In this document: positions 9,156-19,904 of the stretch, piece after piece
Numbering within the stretch: position 1 is the first letter of the stretch
Layout of the letters: every line of letters starts with the position of its first letter
Assembly (NCBI GenBank): GCA_958296135.2
Contig: CATQHZ020000001.1
Coordinates: 2,400,001 to 2,464,000 of the forward strand
Direction: 5' to 3'
Source: an uncultured Poribacteria bacterium
GTDB lineage: Bacteria; Poribacteria; WGA-4E; WGA-3G
Length of the DNA stretch: 64,000 bases
Translations under genes and position numbers: made by a program
The notes under the pieces: generated by a model
What the model was told of the DNA's origin: nothing
What the model saw: the letters and a program-made list of their open reading frames with translations, nothing else
Database searches by the model: none

Positions 9156-9304
9156 ATTGAGAAATAAATTAGATTTATTTCGTGGGATGTGGTATCATGT
9201 TTATAGCGTCATAGTATTTTCGCATGAAACGAATGCGTCTCTATTTTATCGCAAAAATTTGGATTGGAACCGATGAAGATATCTGGAGGAATTCACAGAG
9301 TAGC

Positions 9305-10183
9305 ATGGACAGAACAGCCGAAGTGCTGATAGAAGCACTCCCTTATATCCGCCGGTTTTATGGCAAGAAAATCGTGATTAAATACGGCGGAGCGGCGATG
9401 GAGGAAGACGCGCTCATCCACTCCGTGATGGAAGATATCGTGCTGATGAAATATGTCGGTATGCGCCCGATTGTCGTGCATGGCGGCGGACCGCGCATCA
9501 GCACATGGATGGAGAAAATGGGCAAAAAGGCACAATTTGTGCAAGGATTGCGCGTCACCGATGCCGAAACCATTGAAATCGCCGAGATGGTCCTCGCGGG
9601 TTCCATTAACAAAAGTATCGTCGCCCGGCTTAACCAACACGGCGGAAAAGCCATCGGACTCTCCGGAAAAGACGCAAACCTCGTCGTAGCCGAAAAACAG
9701 CAGATGCACGTCACCGACGAAGAGGGAAACCAGACCGCGCTAGACCTAGGCTTCGTCGGAAAGATTATCGGTATCAACACCGAGCCGATCATCACGCTGG
9801 ACACAGCCGGATACATCCCTGTCATCGCGCCAAACGGTGTTGGCGTTGACGGGCAAACCTATAACATTAACGCCGATACCATGGCCGGCGAAATCGCATC
9901 CGCACTCCAAGCCGAGAAACTCATCATGCTGACAGACACGCGCGGCATCTTGCGCAATGTGGAGGATACCGCATCCCTGATCCCCACTATCCATCTCAAG
10001 CAACTCGATGCCTTAATTGACGAAGGGCTCATCGCCGGGGGGATGCTCCCCAAGGTAGAAGCATGCGCCACCGCCCTCATCGGCGGCGTGTATAAGACAC
10101 ACATTATTGACGGTAGGATGCCGCATTCGCTCTTGCTGGAAGTCTTCACGGAAGGCGGCATCGGCACCGAAATCGTGAGGTAA
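9305..10183 (+). CDS. argB: Acetylglutamate kinase
   Basis: LIEALPYI, IVIKYGGAAM, VVHGGGP, NINAD and GGMLPKV motifs. Probable start at MDRTAEV. Confidence 0.95.
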   Translation: MDRTAEVLIEALPYIRRFYGKKIVIKYGGAAMEEDALIHSVMEDIVLMKYVGMRPIVVHGGGPRISTWMEKMGKKAQFVQGLRVTDAETIEIAEMVLAGSINKSIVARLNQHGGKAIGLSGKDANLVVAEKQQMHVTDEEGNQTALDLGFVGKIIGINTEPIITLDTAGYIPVIAPNGVGVDGQTYNINADTMAGEIASALQAEKLIMLTDTRGILRNVEDTASLIPTIHLKQLDALIDEGLIAGGMLPKVEACATALIGGVYKTHIIDGRMPHSLLLEVFTEGGIGTEIVR

Positions 10184-10241
10184 GACAAACCGACCTGGGT
10201 AGACGCGGTTTGATCCGGAGACCCTCTCAAGAGGACAACAC

Positions 10242-11408
10242 ATGGCAACCCTAAAGAAAATCGCTGCAATCATCACAACCTATTTTCCACACTCGCACGC
10301 CGACGTGATTGCCACGAAATATATGAAAGGTTTCCCTACAGATGCAGGCCACCAGATGCCGCGCGTGGCACTAGCTTCTATCTATCTAGATCAGGTAGAT
10401 TCGCGAGATATTGGTGTCGGCATGGCGGCAGCGCATAACGTCCCCATCTACCCAAGCATTCGGCAGGCGTTGACACTCGGCGGCGACGAACTCGCGGTAG
10501 ACGGTATCCTACTCATCGGCGAACACGGCGATTACCCACATAACGAACTCGGGCAGCATCTCTATCCGCGCCGCTACATGTTCGAGCAAATCTGCGGCGT
10601 GTTTGCCTCAAGCGGACGCGCAGTACCTGTCTTCTGTGACAAACACCTCTCCTATAATTGGGACGATGCAAAGTGGATGTATCAACGCGCCACCGCGCTG
10701 AACGTCCCCTTCATGGCAGGTTCTTCGTTGCCGCTTTGCTGGCGGAAGCCGTTCCTTGAACATCCTTTGAATACACCTTTGGAAGCCGCCCTCAGCATCG
10801 GTTACGGCGGCATAGAGTCTTACGGTTTCCACGCGCTTGAGACAGTGCAGTGCATGAGCGAACGCCGACGAGGCGGGGAATCCGGGGTTGTTGCAGTGCA
10901 ATGCTTAGAAGGCACCGCAGTCTGGGAGGCAGAACATCCAGCCCTAGCCTTAGCCGCAACAGCCTGCGCGCAAATTGAAAACATCCCCGATAGCACCATG
11001 CAAGACAGTTGTCCCAACCCCGCGGCGTTTCTCTTATCGCACCGCGACGGGCTCCAGTCAGCCGTGCTGATGCTCAACGGCTACGTCACCGATTTCGCTT
11101 ACGCCGGAAAAACCGCCGATAAAATCTACGCCACCGAATTCTACCTGCAAAAAGGAACGCCGCATGCCCATTTCAGTTATCTCAGTCTCAACATTGAAGA
11201 GATGTTTGTCACAGGCGAACCCCAATATCCCGTGGAACGCACGTTGCTCACCACAGGCGTTTTAGATGCCGTGATGCGCTCGCGGCACGAGGGACATATC
11301 AGACTTGAAACGCCGCACTTGGCAGACATTGCGTATCGTTCCCACGAAAAACCGCTCATTCGGCCGACGGCCCCGCGTCCGGAAGGCGCGACATTAACCA
11401 CGTCGTAA
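10242..11408 (+). CDS. Conserved hypothetical protein, Gfo/Idh/MocA-like fold
   Basis: VDGILLIGEHGDYP, FCDKHLSY, FMAGSSLP and YGFHALE motifs. Confidence 0.7.
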   Translation: MATLKKIAAIITTYFPHSHADVIATKYMKGFPTDAGHQMPRVALASIYLDQVDSRDIGVGMAAAHNVPIYPSIRQALTLGGDELAVDGILLIGEHGDYPHNELGQHLYPRRYMFEQICGVFASSGRAVPVFCDKHLSYNWDDAKWMYQRATALNVPFMAGSSLPLCWRKPFLEHPLNTPLEAALSIGYGGIESYGFHALETVQCMSERRRGGESGVVAVQCLEGTAVWEAEHPALALAATACAQIENIPDSTMQDSCPNPAAFLLSHRDGLQSAVLMLNGYVTDFAYAGKTADKIYATEFYLQKGTPHAHFSYLSLNIEEMFVTGEPQYPVERTLLTTGVLDAVMRSRHEGHIRLETPHLADIAYRSHEKPLIRPTAPRPEGATLTTS

Positions 11409-11447
11409 ACATCCGGCCCGTAGGCGCGGTTTCAAACCGCGCACGCG

Positions 11448-11939
11448 CTACCTTTTCTCTGCAAACGCCCGCGCCAGTTTCGCCTGCGTCGCGCCCGGGT
11501 CTTCGATGATAATCCGCGCACCGCCAATAACGTCAACGAACCCCAACTCGCGCGGATAACGAGGAACGACATGCACGTGCAAATGCGCGATGCTCGCACC
11601 AGATGCCTCGCCCATATTATACCCGACGTTATAGCCGCGCGGTTGATATACCCCATCAAGCACCTCAACGCTGAGGCACTGCAGTTCGTGAAGCGCGGTT
11701 ACCTCTGCCGCCTTCAATTCGCGCACATCAAGCACATGCCGATTCGGGAAGATTAAGAGGTGCCCCGGACTATACGGATAGAGATTGAGCGAGATTGTCC
11801 AGAGGGCAGCGCGATGCACCTCAAGCCGCTCAACTTTCTCATCGTTTTGGACAATTGCACAGAGAATACATGGGACATCCGGGCGGTTCTTTCCTCTGGC
11901 ATAGCCCATTTTGTTCGGAACAAACAGGTTTTGTCGCAT
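11448..11939 (-). CDS. HIT family hydrolase (Ap4A phosphorylase-like)
   Basis: CILC, LNLYPYSPGHLL and AHLHVHVVPR histidine triad. Start taken at MRQNL. Confidence 0.9.
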   Translation of the reverse strand: MRQNLFVPNKMGYARGKNRPDVPCILCAIVQNDEKVERLEVHRAALWTISLNLYPYSPGHLLIFPNRHVLDVRELKAAEVTALHELQCLSVEVLDGVYQPRGYNVGYNMGEASGASIAHLHVHVVPRYPRELGFVDVIGGARIIIEDPGATQAKLARAFAEKR

Positions 11940-12227
11940 AACCAGGTCCTTTCTAAACAACACTTACTTACGCAAAATCCACACGTCCCGTAGGCGCGGT
12001 CTCAAACCGCGTCTACGGGGACGTTCTGTGGAAGTCCTATAAAAATATTTTGATTTTCGCTAGGAATATGATATACTATTTCCTGCGGATTTGCAAGCAT
12101 CCATTACGTAGAACCCAGAGCGATTCAGTTTTCCCCATCTGTAGTTCGGGCTCGTCCTGCTTTGCAGGAACTCGAACGGGCAGGCTCAGGGCCCGTTGTG
12201 GGTTTTCACTGTGGCCATCAAACACCT

Positions 12228-14114
12228 ATGAAGCAAAACCAAAAACTAGCACCTACAACAGACTTAACCACATGGGCATTACCGGAAGGCGCGCTCGCCC
12301 GGTTAGGACGCGGCGATATAGGCGGGATGGCATTATCGCCAGATGAGAAGTATCTAGCCGTCTCAACCCGCTGGACAGGAGTGTGCTGGCTGTATGAACT
12401 CCCAACGCTAGCCCCCATCGCGTTTTGGAAAGCAAGTGGCGGTGGCACTTTTTCACCGAATGGCCGATTATGGCTGAGGAACGCCGGAAATTGGGAGATA
12501 TGGGACGTGCAACAACGCGTTTGCATTGCCTCAATCGAAAACGTCCCGCGCGGCACCTTTTCTCCAGACGGCCAACGGATAGTGACAGACGATGACACAA
12601 AAATCTCCGTCTGGTGCGTGCAGAACGGCAAGCTGCTTCGCGAAACGAAACTGCATCCAACGAACTTAATCCGTCCCGGTAGCGTCTTCTCCCCAGACCT
12701 CGGGCTCTTAGCACGTAAGGATTACGACATTGAACGTCTGAGGGATACCTCCTTTTCAGTCTACGATGTTGAAACGGGGAACCGACTTGTCTGCATTACA
12801 GAAGTTCCCCAGACTATCATGCACTTCAACTTTTCGCCGTGTGGAAAGTTTCTCGCTGTTGGCGGGACGAAGGGCACACTTCAGGTGTGGGAGTGGGAAA
12901 GCGAACGCCTACACCTGACTACCGAATATGGAAATGGACATATCTACCCCTATTATCCGCCGACCGGGGAACTGCTTGTAGCGGCTTTATCCTGGTCCCG
13001 GCGGACAGTCGAAGTGTGGCATGTAGAGACAAACGAGCAGATTGACACGTTTGCATGCCGCGGGAAAGGCCACGCGGTTTTCTCTGAAAGCGGGGCACTC
13101 TTGGTAGTTGAGAACCCCGGTGAGCTCTACGTCTGGAGGAAAGGCGACGCGGAGGCGCACACGCTCTCAACCCTTCACGGGCATCTTTCTACCGTGGATT
13201 CGTTAGCCTTTTCATCGGACGGGATGACTTTAGCATCCGCGATTTGGGGTGGTAACGTTCTCTTATGGAATGTTTCCAGCAGGCGTTCGCAACGGCCAAA
13301 GGCAGCAGAAATTCCCGGAAGGAATCAGATTGTGCATCCATCTGCCACCGGCAAAATCCTTGTGACTGCTAGAGATGGCGAAAATGTCAAAATATGGGAA
13401 CTCGGTAAGAGTGAGCCGATTGCACAGTTTGCCGAACCGGATATCGGTTTGCACAAATCGCGCTACCGCAGACTGCGCGACGAAGCCTTATCGCCTAGCG
13501 GACAACAATTTGCCATGGGCGATAGCGAGGGCAACTTCCATGTGTGGGACTGGGCCCCACACCAAACGCCAAAACACACCCTATTCAAAGGGCCCGGAAA
13601 GGACGGCGCGTACGCGTTAGCCTTTAGTCCAGATGGAAAACGCCTCGCAAGTATAGCACACGACTGGACCGGGCGTTTGTGGGATGTTGACGCAGAGACA
13701 GAGGTAGCCAAATTGCCTTTCACGTTACCCTCAAAACCGGGAGTATTGGGCATGGCCTTTTCGCCGCGCGGAGATGTGATTGCCGGCGCACAGTGGGGCG
13801 AAATCGTCTTGTGGGATGCCACAGATGGTAAAACGCTCAGGACACTCCCCCAACGCGATGGGAATCAAAAGCAGCCGACACTCTGTTTCTCTCCATGCGG
13901 ACGCTACTTAGTGTCAGGTTCGTGGTGGCAAGAAGGGCTAAAACAGATGCCCATCCGTTTATGGGACGTTGCAAGCGGCGCGAATATCGCCACCTTCTAC
14001 GGGCATACTACCGATGTGCAGTGCATCGCCTTTTCACCCGATGGCACGTTGATGGCGACAGGTGGGCATGATGGCATTATCTTGCTCTGGGACTTGAGTC
14101 CCTATATTCAATAG
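12228..14114 (+). CDS. WD40 repeat protein
   Basis: Repeated FSPDG/FSPCG...LWD units and N-terminal TTWALPEGALARLGRG. Confidence 0.9.
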   Translation: MKQNQKLAPTTDLTTWALPEGALARLGRGDIGGMALSPDEKYLAVSTRWTGVCWLYELPTLAPIAFWKASGGGTFSPNGRLWLRNAGNWEIWDVQQRVCIASIENVPRGTFSPDGQRIVTDDDTKISVWCVQNGKLLRETKLHPTNLIRPGSVFSPDLGLLARKDYDIERLRDTSFSVYDVETGNRLVCITEVPQTIMHFNFSPCGKFLAVGGTKGTLQVWEWESERLHLTTEYGNGHIYPYYPPTGELLVAALSWSRRTVEVWHVETNEQIDTFACRGKGHAVFSESGALLVVENPGELYVWRKGDAEAHTLSTLHGHLSTVDSLAFSSDGMTLASAIWGGNVLLWNVSSRRSQRPKAAEIPGRNQIVHPSATGKILVTARDGENVKIWELGKSEPIAQFAEPDIGLHKSRYRRLRDEALSPSGQQFAMGDSEGNFHVWDWAPHQTPKHTLFKGPGKDGAYALAFSPDGKRLASIAHDWTGRLWDVDAETEVAKLPFTLPSKPGVLGMAFSPRGDVIAGAQWGEIVLWDATDGKTLRTLPQRDGNQKQPTLCFSPCGRYLVSGSWWQEGLKQMPIRLWDVASGANIATFYGHTTDVQCIAFSPDGTLMATGGHDGIILLWDLSPYIQ

Positions 14115-14125
14115 GAGTTCGCAAA

Positions 14126-16159
14126 ATGAACAGCGACACGACTACGTGGGCATTACCGGAAGACGCGCTCGCCCGGTTGGGCCGCGGTGACGCGTCAGCC
14201 CTCGCTTTTTCTCCAGACAGAACACATCTCGCTGTCGGAAGCGGGCTCGGGCTCTGGTTGTATGAACTGTCAACGCAGGAGCCTATCGCGCTTTGGGATA
14301 CGGAACGCGGACTGAGCCGCGATATAGCCTTTTCATCCGACAGAAAATGGATTGCAACTCGCAATTGGGATGATGTCATCAACGTCTGGGATATTCAGCG
14401 AGGTGAGTGCGTAACACGCCTAAAACTAGAGGACAGGATTTCAAATATCGTTTTTTCGCCGGATAGCCAAGGACTCGCCATCGCTTATTATCGCCAGTCG
14501 ATAGTCGAAATCCGCCATCCGGAAACCGGCGAATTGCGCGCAAAATTCTCGGATGAAACTGAAGAGATTGGCTACTCTTGTATCACCTTTGCACCTGATG
14601 CTCGCCTCTTAGCTACTACGAGAAAAACCAACAAGGACAGCGATACTGAGCTCATAGAGCTCTGGGATATGGCACGCCTGCAAAAAATTGCCTGCCTCAC
14701 CGGACACGCAAGCGGCGTGCGAGGAATCTCCTTTTCGCCGTGCAGTCGGTTCCTAGCCTCCGGCGGTAATAGAGATGGCACGGTGAAAGTGTGGGATGTA
14801 GAAAGTGGACAGCCAAGCCAGACATACGCCGATTACGGCCCCGGTTCAATGCTACCGTCCTACTCGTCGGAGGGTGTCCTCCGCGTTGTCGTAGATGCTA
14901 CCAATGCCGCGTCCATGAACCCGTGGGATGCTGCCACCGTCACTGTGTGGGATGTAGAAAGTGGAGAAAAACGCTGGACTTCAAGGTGCGCACAAAACGG
15001 TGCCATCACGTTTTCAAACGGTTCGCATCTGGCTTATGAGGGCGGCCGCGAATCTATTGATGTCTGGCACTTAGGAAAAACTCACACATGCGCCACCATC
15101 CTTTCGCATTTCCCGTTTCCGAATTCGGTGCGGTTTTCGGCCGATGGGAAGACCTTGGCGGCTGAACATCGCGCGGACGGTAGAATGTACACGCACGGCA
15201 ACGTCCTTTTATGGGATATCGCTACTCACCGCGCCCGAAAGGCAGTTGCAGCGGCGTGGACAATCCAGTACCTGCACGCGACGCTTGACGGAAAACGCTA
15301 TGTTTCAAGCATGGACAGAAACACCATTGCACTCTGGGAGGTTAGCGATGGAGAATCGAAGCACGTGATGGCATCAACCGGACACGAGAAAAATTGGGTT
15401 TGTGCGGTACTAGCACCGACAGGCACACGGCTGGCATGCGCCGATGAAGAAGGCGGACTAACCGTCTGGGACGTTCAAAGTCAGGATATCCGATGCCAAT
15501 TCGCACATCCACGCGAGTATTTGATTGACGAACATCAAATTCGGACATTGGCATATAGCCCAGATGGAAGAATCCTTTTGAGTGAAGCGGATATCTGGCC
15601 AAGTGCCCGGCTCTGGGATGTAGAACACGGAGAAGCGGTAGATGCGTTTCCCGGCAATGAAATGGATGGGACCGGCGGGTTTTCGCCGTGCGGCCGATAC
15701 CTGGTTGGCTGTTGCAGAGGACGGACAGAAATTATGGTGTGGAATATCAATCGTCGTGAAGCCCTCACGAAGATTCCTTTTCTGCGAGCACGTCGGTTCG
15801 CCTATTCGCCGTGTGGACAGTATATCGCCTGCGGCGGTGATGAAGGCGAGGCCGCTGTCCTCTTGTGGGACAGTGAACGTTGCGAAACCTACATGCGGCT
15901 GCCGCTCCCCCATGAAGGAGATTGGACACACGCACTAGCGTTCTCTCTATGCGGGAAGTATCTCGCCTGGGGCAGCGGATGGAATCGTAAAACGAAGCAG
16001 GTTACCATACAGTTATGGGAAGTTGTAACCGGTAAGAACTTCGCCACTTTCAGAGGGCATACTAGCGACATTCAGGGGCTCGCCTTTTCGCCCGATAGCA
16101 CGCTTTTAGCAAGTGCCAGTTTTGACAGCACCATTCTGCTGTGGAACACCGGCCTGTAA
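14126..16159 (+). CDS. WD40 repeat protein, tandem paralog
   Basis: Same TTWALPEDALARLGRG start and the same GHTxD...FSPD...LLW ending. Confidence 0.9.
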   Translation: MNSDTTTWALPEDALARLGRGDASALAFSPDRTHLAVGSGLGLWLYELSTQEPIALWDTERGLSRDIAFSSDRKWIATRNWDDVINVWDIQRGECVTRLKLEDRISNIVFSPDSQGLAIAYYRQSIVEIRHPETGELRAKFSDETEEIGYSCITFAPDARLLATTRKTNKDSDTELIELWDMARLQKIACLTGHASGVRGISFSPCSRFLASGGNRDGTVKVWDVESGQPSQTYADYGPGSMLPSYSSEGVLRVVVDATNAASMNPWDAATVTVWDVESGEKRWTSRCAQNGAITFSNGSHLAYEGGRESIDVWHLGKTHTCATILSHFPFPNSVRFSADGKTLAAEHRADGRMYTHGNVLLWDIATHRARKAVAAAWTIQYLHATLDGKRYVSSMDRNTIALWEVSDGESKHVMASTGHEKNWVCAVLAPTGTRLACADEEGGLTVWDVQSQDIRCQFAHPREYLIDEHQIRTLAYSPDGRILLSEADIWPSARLWDVEHGEAVDAFPGNEMDGTGGFSPCGRYLVGCCRGRTEIMVWNINRREALTKIPFLRARRFAYSPCGQYIACGGDEGEAAVLLWDSERCETYMRLPLPHEGDWTHALAFSLCGKYLAWGSGWNRKTKQVTIQLWEVVTGKNFATFRGHTSDIQGLAFSPDSTLLASASFDSTILLWNTGL

Positions 16160-16345
16160 GCACAGATTTCTATAGCTGCCCGTTTTCGCCAAGGGAAAGG
16201 TTAGATATCTGCACGAATCCACCATTACCAACGAATTGTGGAAAACCGAATGCCTCGCGGGGGAAAAAGCAATAAAAAACGTGACTTTTTTGCAATTTTG
16301 TTATATACTATTCTAAAATACCGAGCGAAGCAGGAGAAAAACGCG

Positions 16346-17158
16346 ATGCCCGCACAAAATGCGCTGCTGGAAATTGCGCAAATTGACACCGATATCGCAT
16401 CTTATCTCGCCAGCATTGGCAAGATAACCCATCTGTTTCCACCGCATGACTCCGGATGCCAGTCGTTTGGCGTAACAATAGGCGGACAGCAGTGGTTCGT
16501 CAAATATAGCGACGTTCCCCAGGCAATCACGTGGCTCAAACAAGCAGTGCGTTTCCACGCAGCAATACAGCACGAAGCACTCCCTCGGTTGCATAACGTC
16601 TTCTCCACCCTTGACGGCCTCACCCTCGTCTACGACTGGGTAGATGGCGAAACGCTTCGGCCCGAACGTGAACTGAAACCCGGTGAGATGCACCCACGCG
16701 ACCGGTTTTGTGCATTGCCAACCCACGAAATCGTCGCCGCAATCAATGTCATCTATGACATGCATCTCATCGTCGAAGAAAAAGGCTTCATCGCCGAAGA
16801 CTTTTACGATGGATGCATCATCTACAACTTCAAGGAGAAGCGAATACACCTGTTCGACTTCGATCACTATCATCCGCAGCCCTTCATCAACCAGCGGGGG
16901 CGGTTATACGGCTCAACCCGCTTTATGGCACCCGAAGAATTCCAGAAAGGTGAGCGCATTGATGAGACGACGAACGTCTTCATGCTCGGACGAACAGCGT
17001 TCGTGCTGCTTGCCAACAGCAGTAACTCACCGCAGGATTGGAAAGGCACCGAAGCTACACGGCAGGTAGCCAAGAAAGCGACAAACCCCGACAGACACCT
17101 GCGGTACCCATCCGTGAGAGCTCTCGTCACCGCATGGCACACCGCACTGCAAAAGTAG
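16346..17158 (+). CDS. Ser/Thr protein kinase-like protein
   Basis: WFVK, EDFYDG (catalytic loop variant), FDFD, GSTRFMAPEE and NVFMLG. AGGAG SD. Confidence 0.75.
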   Translation: MPAQNALLEIAQIDTDIASYLASIGKITHLFPPHDSGCQSFGVTIGGQQWFVKYSDVPQAITWLKQAVRFHAAIQHEALPRLHNVFSTLDGLTLVYDWVDGETLRPERELKPGEMHPRDRFCALPTHEIVAAINVIYDMHLIVEEKGFIAEDFYDGCIIYNFKEKRIHLFDFDHYHPQPFINQRGRLYGSTRFMAPEEFQKGERIDETTNVFMLGRTAFVLLANSSNSPQDWKGTEATRQVAKKATNPDRHLRYPSVRALVTAWHTALQK

Positions 17159-17173
17159 GAAACCAATATCACA

Positions 17174-18031
17174 ATGCGAAAAATTACAGATAACGAAATT
17201 CAGTTTTTCAACGACAACGGGTACCTTATCCTGAAACAGGTCATCCAGCCGGATGAACTCGCCGTAATCCAGAGTGAAAGCCAACGGCTCATCGACGAGA
17301 TTGTGTCGGGCGGCCCAGCCGATGCATGGTGCAACCGCGGCCCCGAAGGCATCCCCTACTATCTCACCTATCTGCACTCGCATCCGAACCAGTTTTCGTT
17401 GCGATTGCTCGCTCACCCGTCCATCGGCGACCTGCTGTATCGCATCATCGGCCCGGATTTCATCCCGTGTTACGAATCTCTCGTCTTCAAGCTGCCCAAG
17501 CACGGTTCCTCGGTGCGATGGCATCGCGATGGCAACGCTATTCGCGAGAATCATCCCATCTTCAACATCGACATCTACGTGGACGACTCCACCGTGGACA
17601 ACGGATGTGTTTGGGTAATTCCCGGCAGCCACCTCTGGGGCATTGAGGAAGCGCAAGAAGTTATCGACAGAGGCGACGTGAACTTCAAGCGCGCCGATGC
17701 AGTACCAGCCGAAGTTGAACCCGGCGATATCCTCCTCCACCACACGAAAGTGCTGCACGGGAGTAAGATTAACACGAGCGATACACTGCGCCGCGTCATC
17801 TACTTCGACCAGCGGACACCGCGCTGGAACAAGACGTATCAGTGGTGGAAACCCGAATTTTTGACGCAGCGGTGCAAACTCTATCAGCGCGCACTCCATG
17901 AACGCCGCACCCATCCATACCCATCGGATACCGAGCAGTTTGATTATGAAGTGCCACCGGATATGCCGGTTTGGGAGACAGACGACAACTTCGATTTGCG
18001 CATCCAGCACCGTGCCCACGCGGCGCAATAA
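17174..18031 (+). CDS. Phytanoyl-CoA dioxygenase (PhyH) family 2OG-Fe(II) oxygenase
   Basis: FFNDNGYL, WHRD, NGCVWVIPGSH and LHGSKIN...RR. Confidence 0.9.
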   Translation: MRKITDNEIQFFNDNGYLILKQVIQPDELAVIQSESQRLIDEIVSGGPADAWCNRGPEGIPYYLTYLHSHPNQFSLRLLAHPSIGDLLYRIIGPDFIPCYESLVFKLPKHGSSVRWHRDGNAIRENHPIFNIDIYVDDSTVDNGCVWVIPGSHLWGIEEAQEVIDRGDVNFKRADAVPAEVEPGDILLHHTKVLHGSKINTSDTLRRVIYFDQRTPRWNKTYQWWKPEFLTQRCKLYQRALHERRTHPYPSDTEQFDYEVPPDMPVWETDDNFDLRIQHRAHAAQ

Positions 18032-18064
18032 CCGCCACCACACCGCAGAGACAGGAGGACAACC

Positions 18065-18829
18065 ATGAAGGTTCTACTCGTCGGAGGTTCAGGACACGTC
18101 GGAACAATGACGCTCCCCTATATGAAACAGCATCACGAATTTCGCGTGCTAGACATGTCGCCGCCGAAAGATGCCTCTGTAGAATATATCCAAGGCTCAG
18201 TCACCGACCCGGGGATTGTCCAAGAGGCTATGAAGGGGATGGACACGTTCGTCTACATGGTAATGCAACGTCCGACAAGCGACCGGTCATCCCTCGCGAA
18301 TTTTGACGATATCGTTGCCAACTACGATGTCAACGCTAAGGGACTTCATCTCGTCTTACACGCCGCGAAGGAAGCCGGGATGCGGCACGCTGTCTATACG
18401 AGCACCTTCACCGTCCACGAACGCACACGCAACAATTTTCCTGACGAAGCTGTCGTGCCGCGGGATAATCCGGGTGTTTACGGCTTAACGAAAAGTTTTG
18501 GCGAGCAAATATGCGAATACTTTGCGCGAGAACACGAGATGTCGCTTATCGCCATGCGCATTACGGGACCGTCTACGCGCGAGCAGTGGTTGGAACGCCG
18601 CCCGCAAATCCTCGCGCGCTTGCAAGGCACCTCCACCGAGGAGTCTGTTCACATCTGGTGGACAGATGAGGCAGACCTGGCGCGTGCCTACCTCGCCGCC
18701 ATCTCGGTCGAACACCGAGGGTTTGATGCCGTCTTCATCGCCGGCGATTACGAACAGCGGGAGATTAATCTCTCCAAAGCGAAAAACCTGCTCGGTTGGG
18801 AGCCGCTGACGCATAAACAGATGGAATAA
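18065..18829 (+). CDS. NAD-dependent epimerase/dehydratase
   Basis: GGSGHVG, YGLTK and AKNLLGWEP. Confidence 0.9.
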   Translation: MKVLLVGGSGHVGTMTLPYMKQHHEFRVLDMSPPKDASVEYIQGSVTDPGIVQEAMKGMDTFVYMVMQRPTSDRSSLANFDDIVANYDVNAKGLHLVLHAAKEAGMRHAVYTSTFTVHERTRNNFPDEAVVPRDNPGVYGLTKSFGEQICEYFAREHEMSLIAMRITGPSTREQWLERRPQILARLQGTSTEESVHIWWTDEADLARAYLAAISVEHRGFDAVFIAGDYEQREINLSKAKNLLGWEPLTHKQME

Positions 18830-19012
18830 AGTTGATTTCTATATCTGTCAACGCATCTCCCTGTAAAGGCGGATGTCTCTATCCGCCCGTTTCACGCGAG
18901 GATAAGGGAGAATATGGAAATTCTCCGTTACAAAACGCTACCGGGAATCTATCTAAAAAAACTTGCTTTTAATTTCAATTAATGGTATTTTTAAAATAGA
19001 AGGAATTCGCCT

Positions 19013-19795
19013 ATGACACATCCAGAATTAACATTCGTCGAAAACCGCCCTTTCCAGACTCGCCGCCAAGACACGTGGTGGGTGCAACCTTTAGCTGTCT
19101 TCATCGGGTTGGGGGCTTTCATCGTCTACGCGACCTTCCGCGTTTTGGAAGGTAACCATTACCTCGCGGAGCCTTACCTATCGCCGTTTTACTCGCCACT
19201 CCTTTTCAGTGCAGACGGTTCACACAGCTGGTTCGGGACGATGCCGGCGTGGTTACCCGCGTGGGTCTCGCCCGCAGCGTTGATTCTCTGGGCACCGGCG
19301 GGGTTTCGGTTCACGTGCTACTATTACCGCGGCGCATACTACAAGGCGTTTTGGGCAGATCCGCCGTCTTGCACCGTCTCAGAACCGCGCAAAGGCTATC
19401 GGGGAGAGCACTCCTTCCCGCTGATTATCCAGAACGTCCACCGATACTTCCTTTACCTCGCGCTCATCTTCATCGTTATCCTCGCATACGATGTGTGGAA
19501 AGCGATGTGGTTTGAAGGGACATTTGGCATCGGGATAGGCACGCTTGTTTTAGCAGGCAACGTCATCTTTTTGGGCGGCTATACATTCGGCTGTCACTCT
19601 TTACGGCACCTCGTTGGCGGCCGGGTCGATTTGCTCTCTAAGGCCCCTGTGCGTCGGAACGCGTATAACTGCGTCAGCTGCCTCAACAGCCGGCACATGC
19701 TGTGGGCATGGATGAGCCTCTCGTGGGTGGCACTGTCTGATATTTACGTTCGCGTCGTAGCAACGACCGGTTGGAAGGATTGGATTACGTTTTAA
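19013..19795 (+). CDS. Succinate dehydrogenase/fumarate reductase membrane anchor (actinobacterial Sdh1-like type)
   Basis: YLSPFYSP, FRFTCYYYRGAYY, QNVHRYF and YTFGCHSLRH motifs. Upstream of the flavoprotein and Fe-S genes. Confidence 0.85.
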   Translation: MTHPELTFVENRPFQTRRQDTWWVQPLAVFIGLGAFIVYATFRVLEGNHYLAEPYLSPFYSPLLFSADGSHSWFGTMPAWLPAWVSPAALILWAPAGFRFTCYYYRGAYYKAFWADPPSCTVSEPRKGYRGEHSFPLIIQNVHRYFLYLALIFIVILAYDVWKAMWFEGTFGIGIGTLVLAGNVIFLGGYTFGCHSLRHLVGGRVDLLSKAPVRRNAYNCVSCLNSRHMLWAWMSLSWVALSDIYVRVVATTGWKDWITF

Positions 19796-19822
19796 CATGA
19801 AACGCGGAATTTTTGCGGGGCC

Positions 19823-19852
19823 TTGACACGAAATCGCAATTTATGATAAACT
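19823..19852 (+). promoter_or_regulatory. Sigma70-type promoter TTGACA-N18-TAAACT upstream of the ART-like gene
   Basis: Read directly. AAGGAG SD precedes TTG at 19905. Confidence 0.6.
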
Positions 19853-19904
19853 AAATATCGTAAGGCGCAGATTCGCACGTTGCCACCAAAAAAGGAGACC
19901 GGTC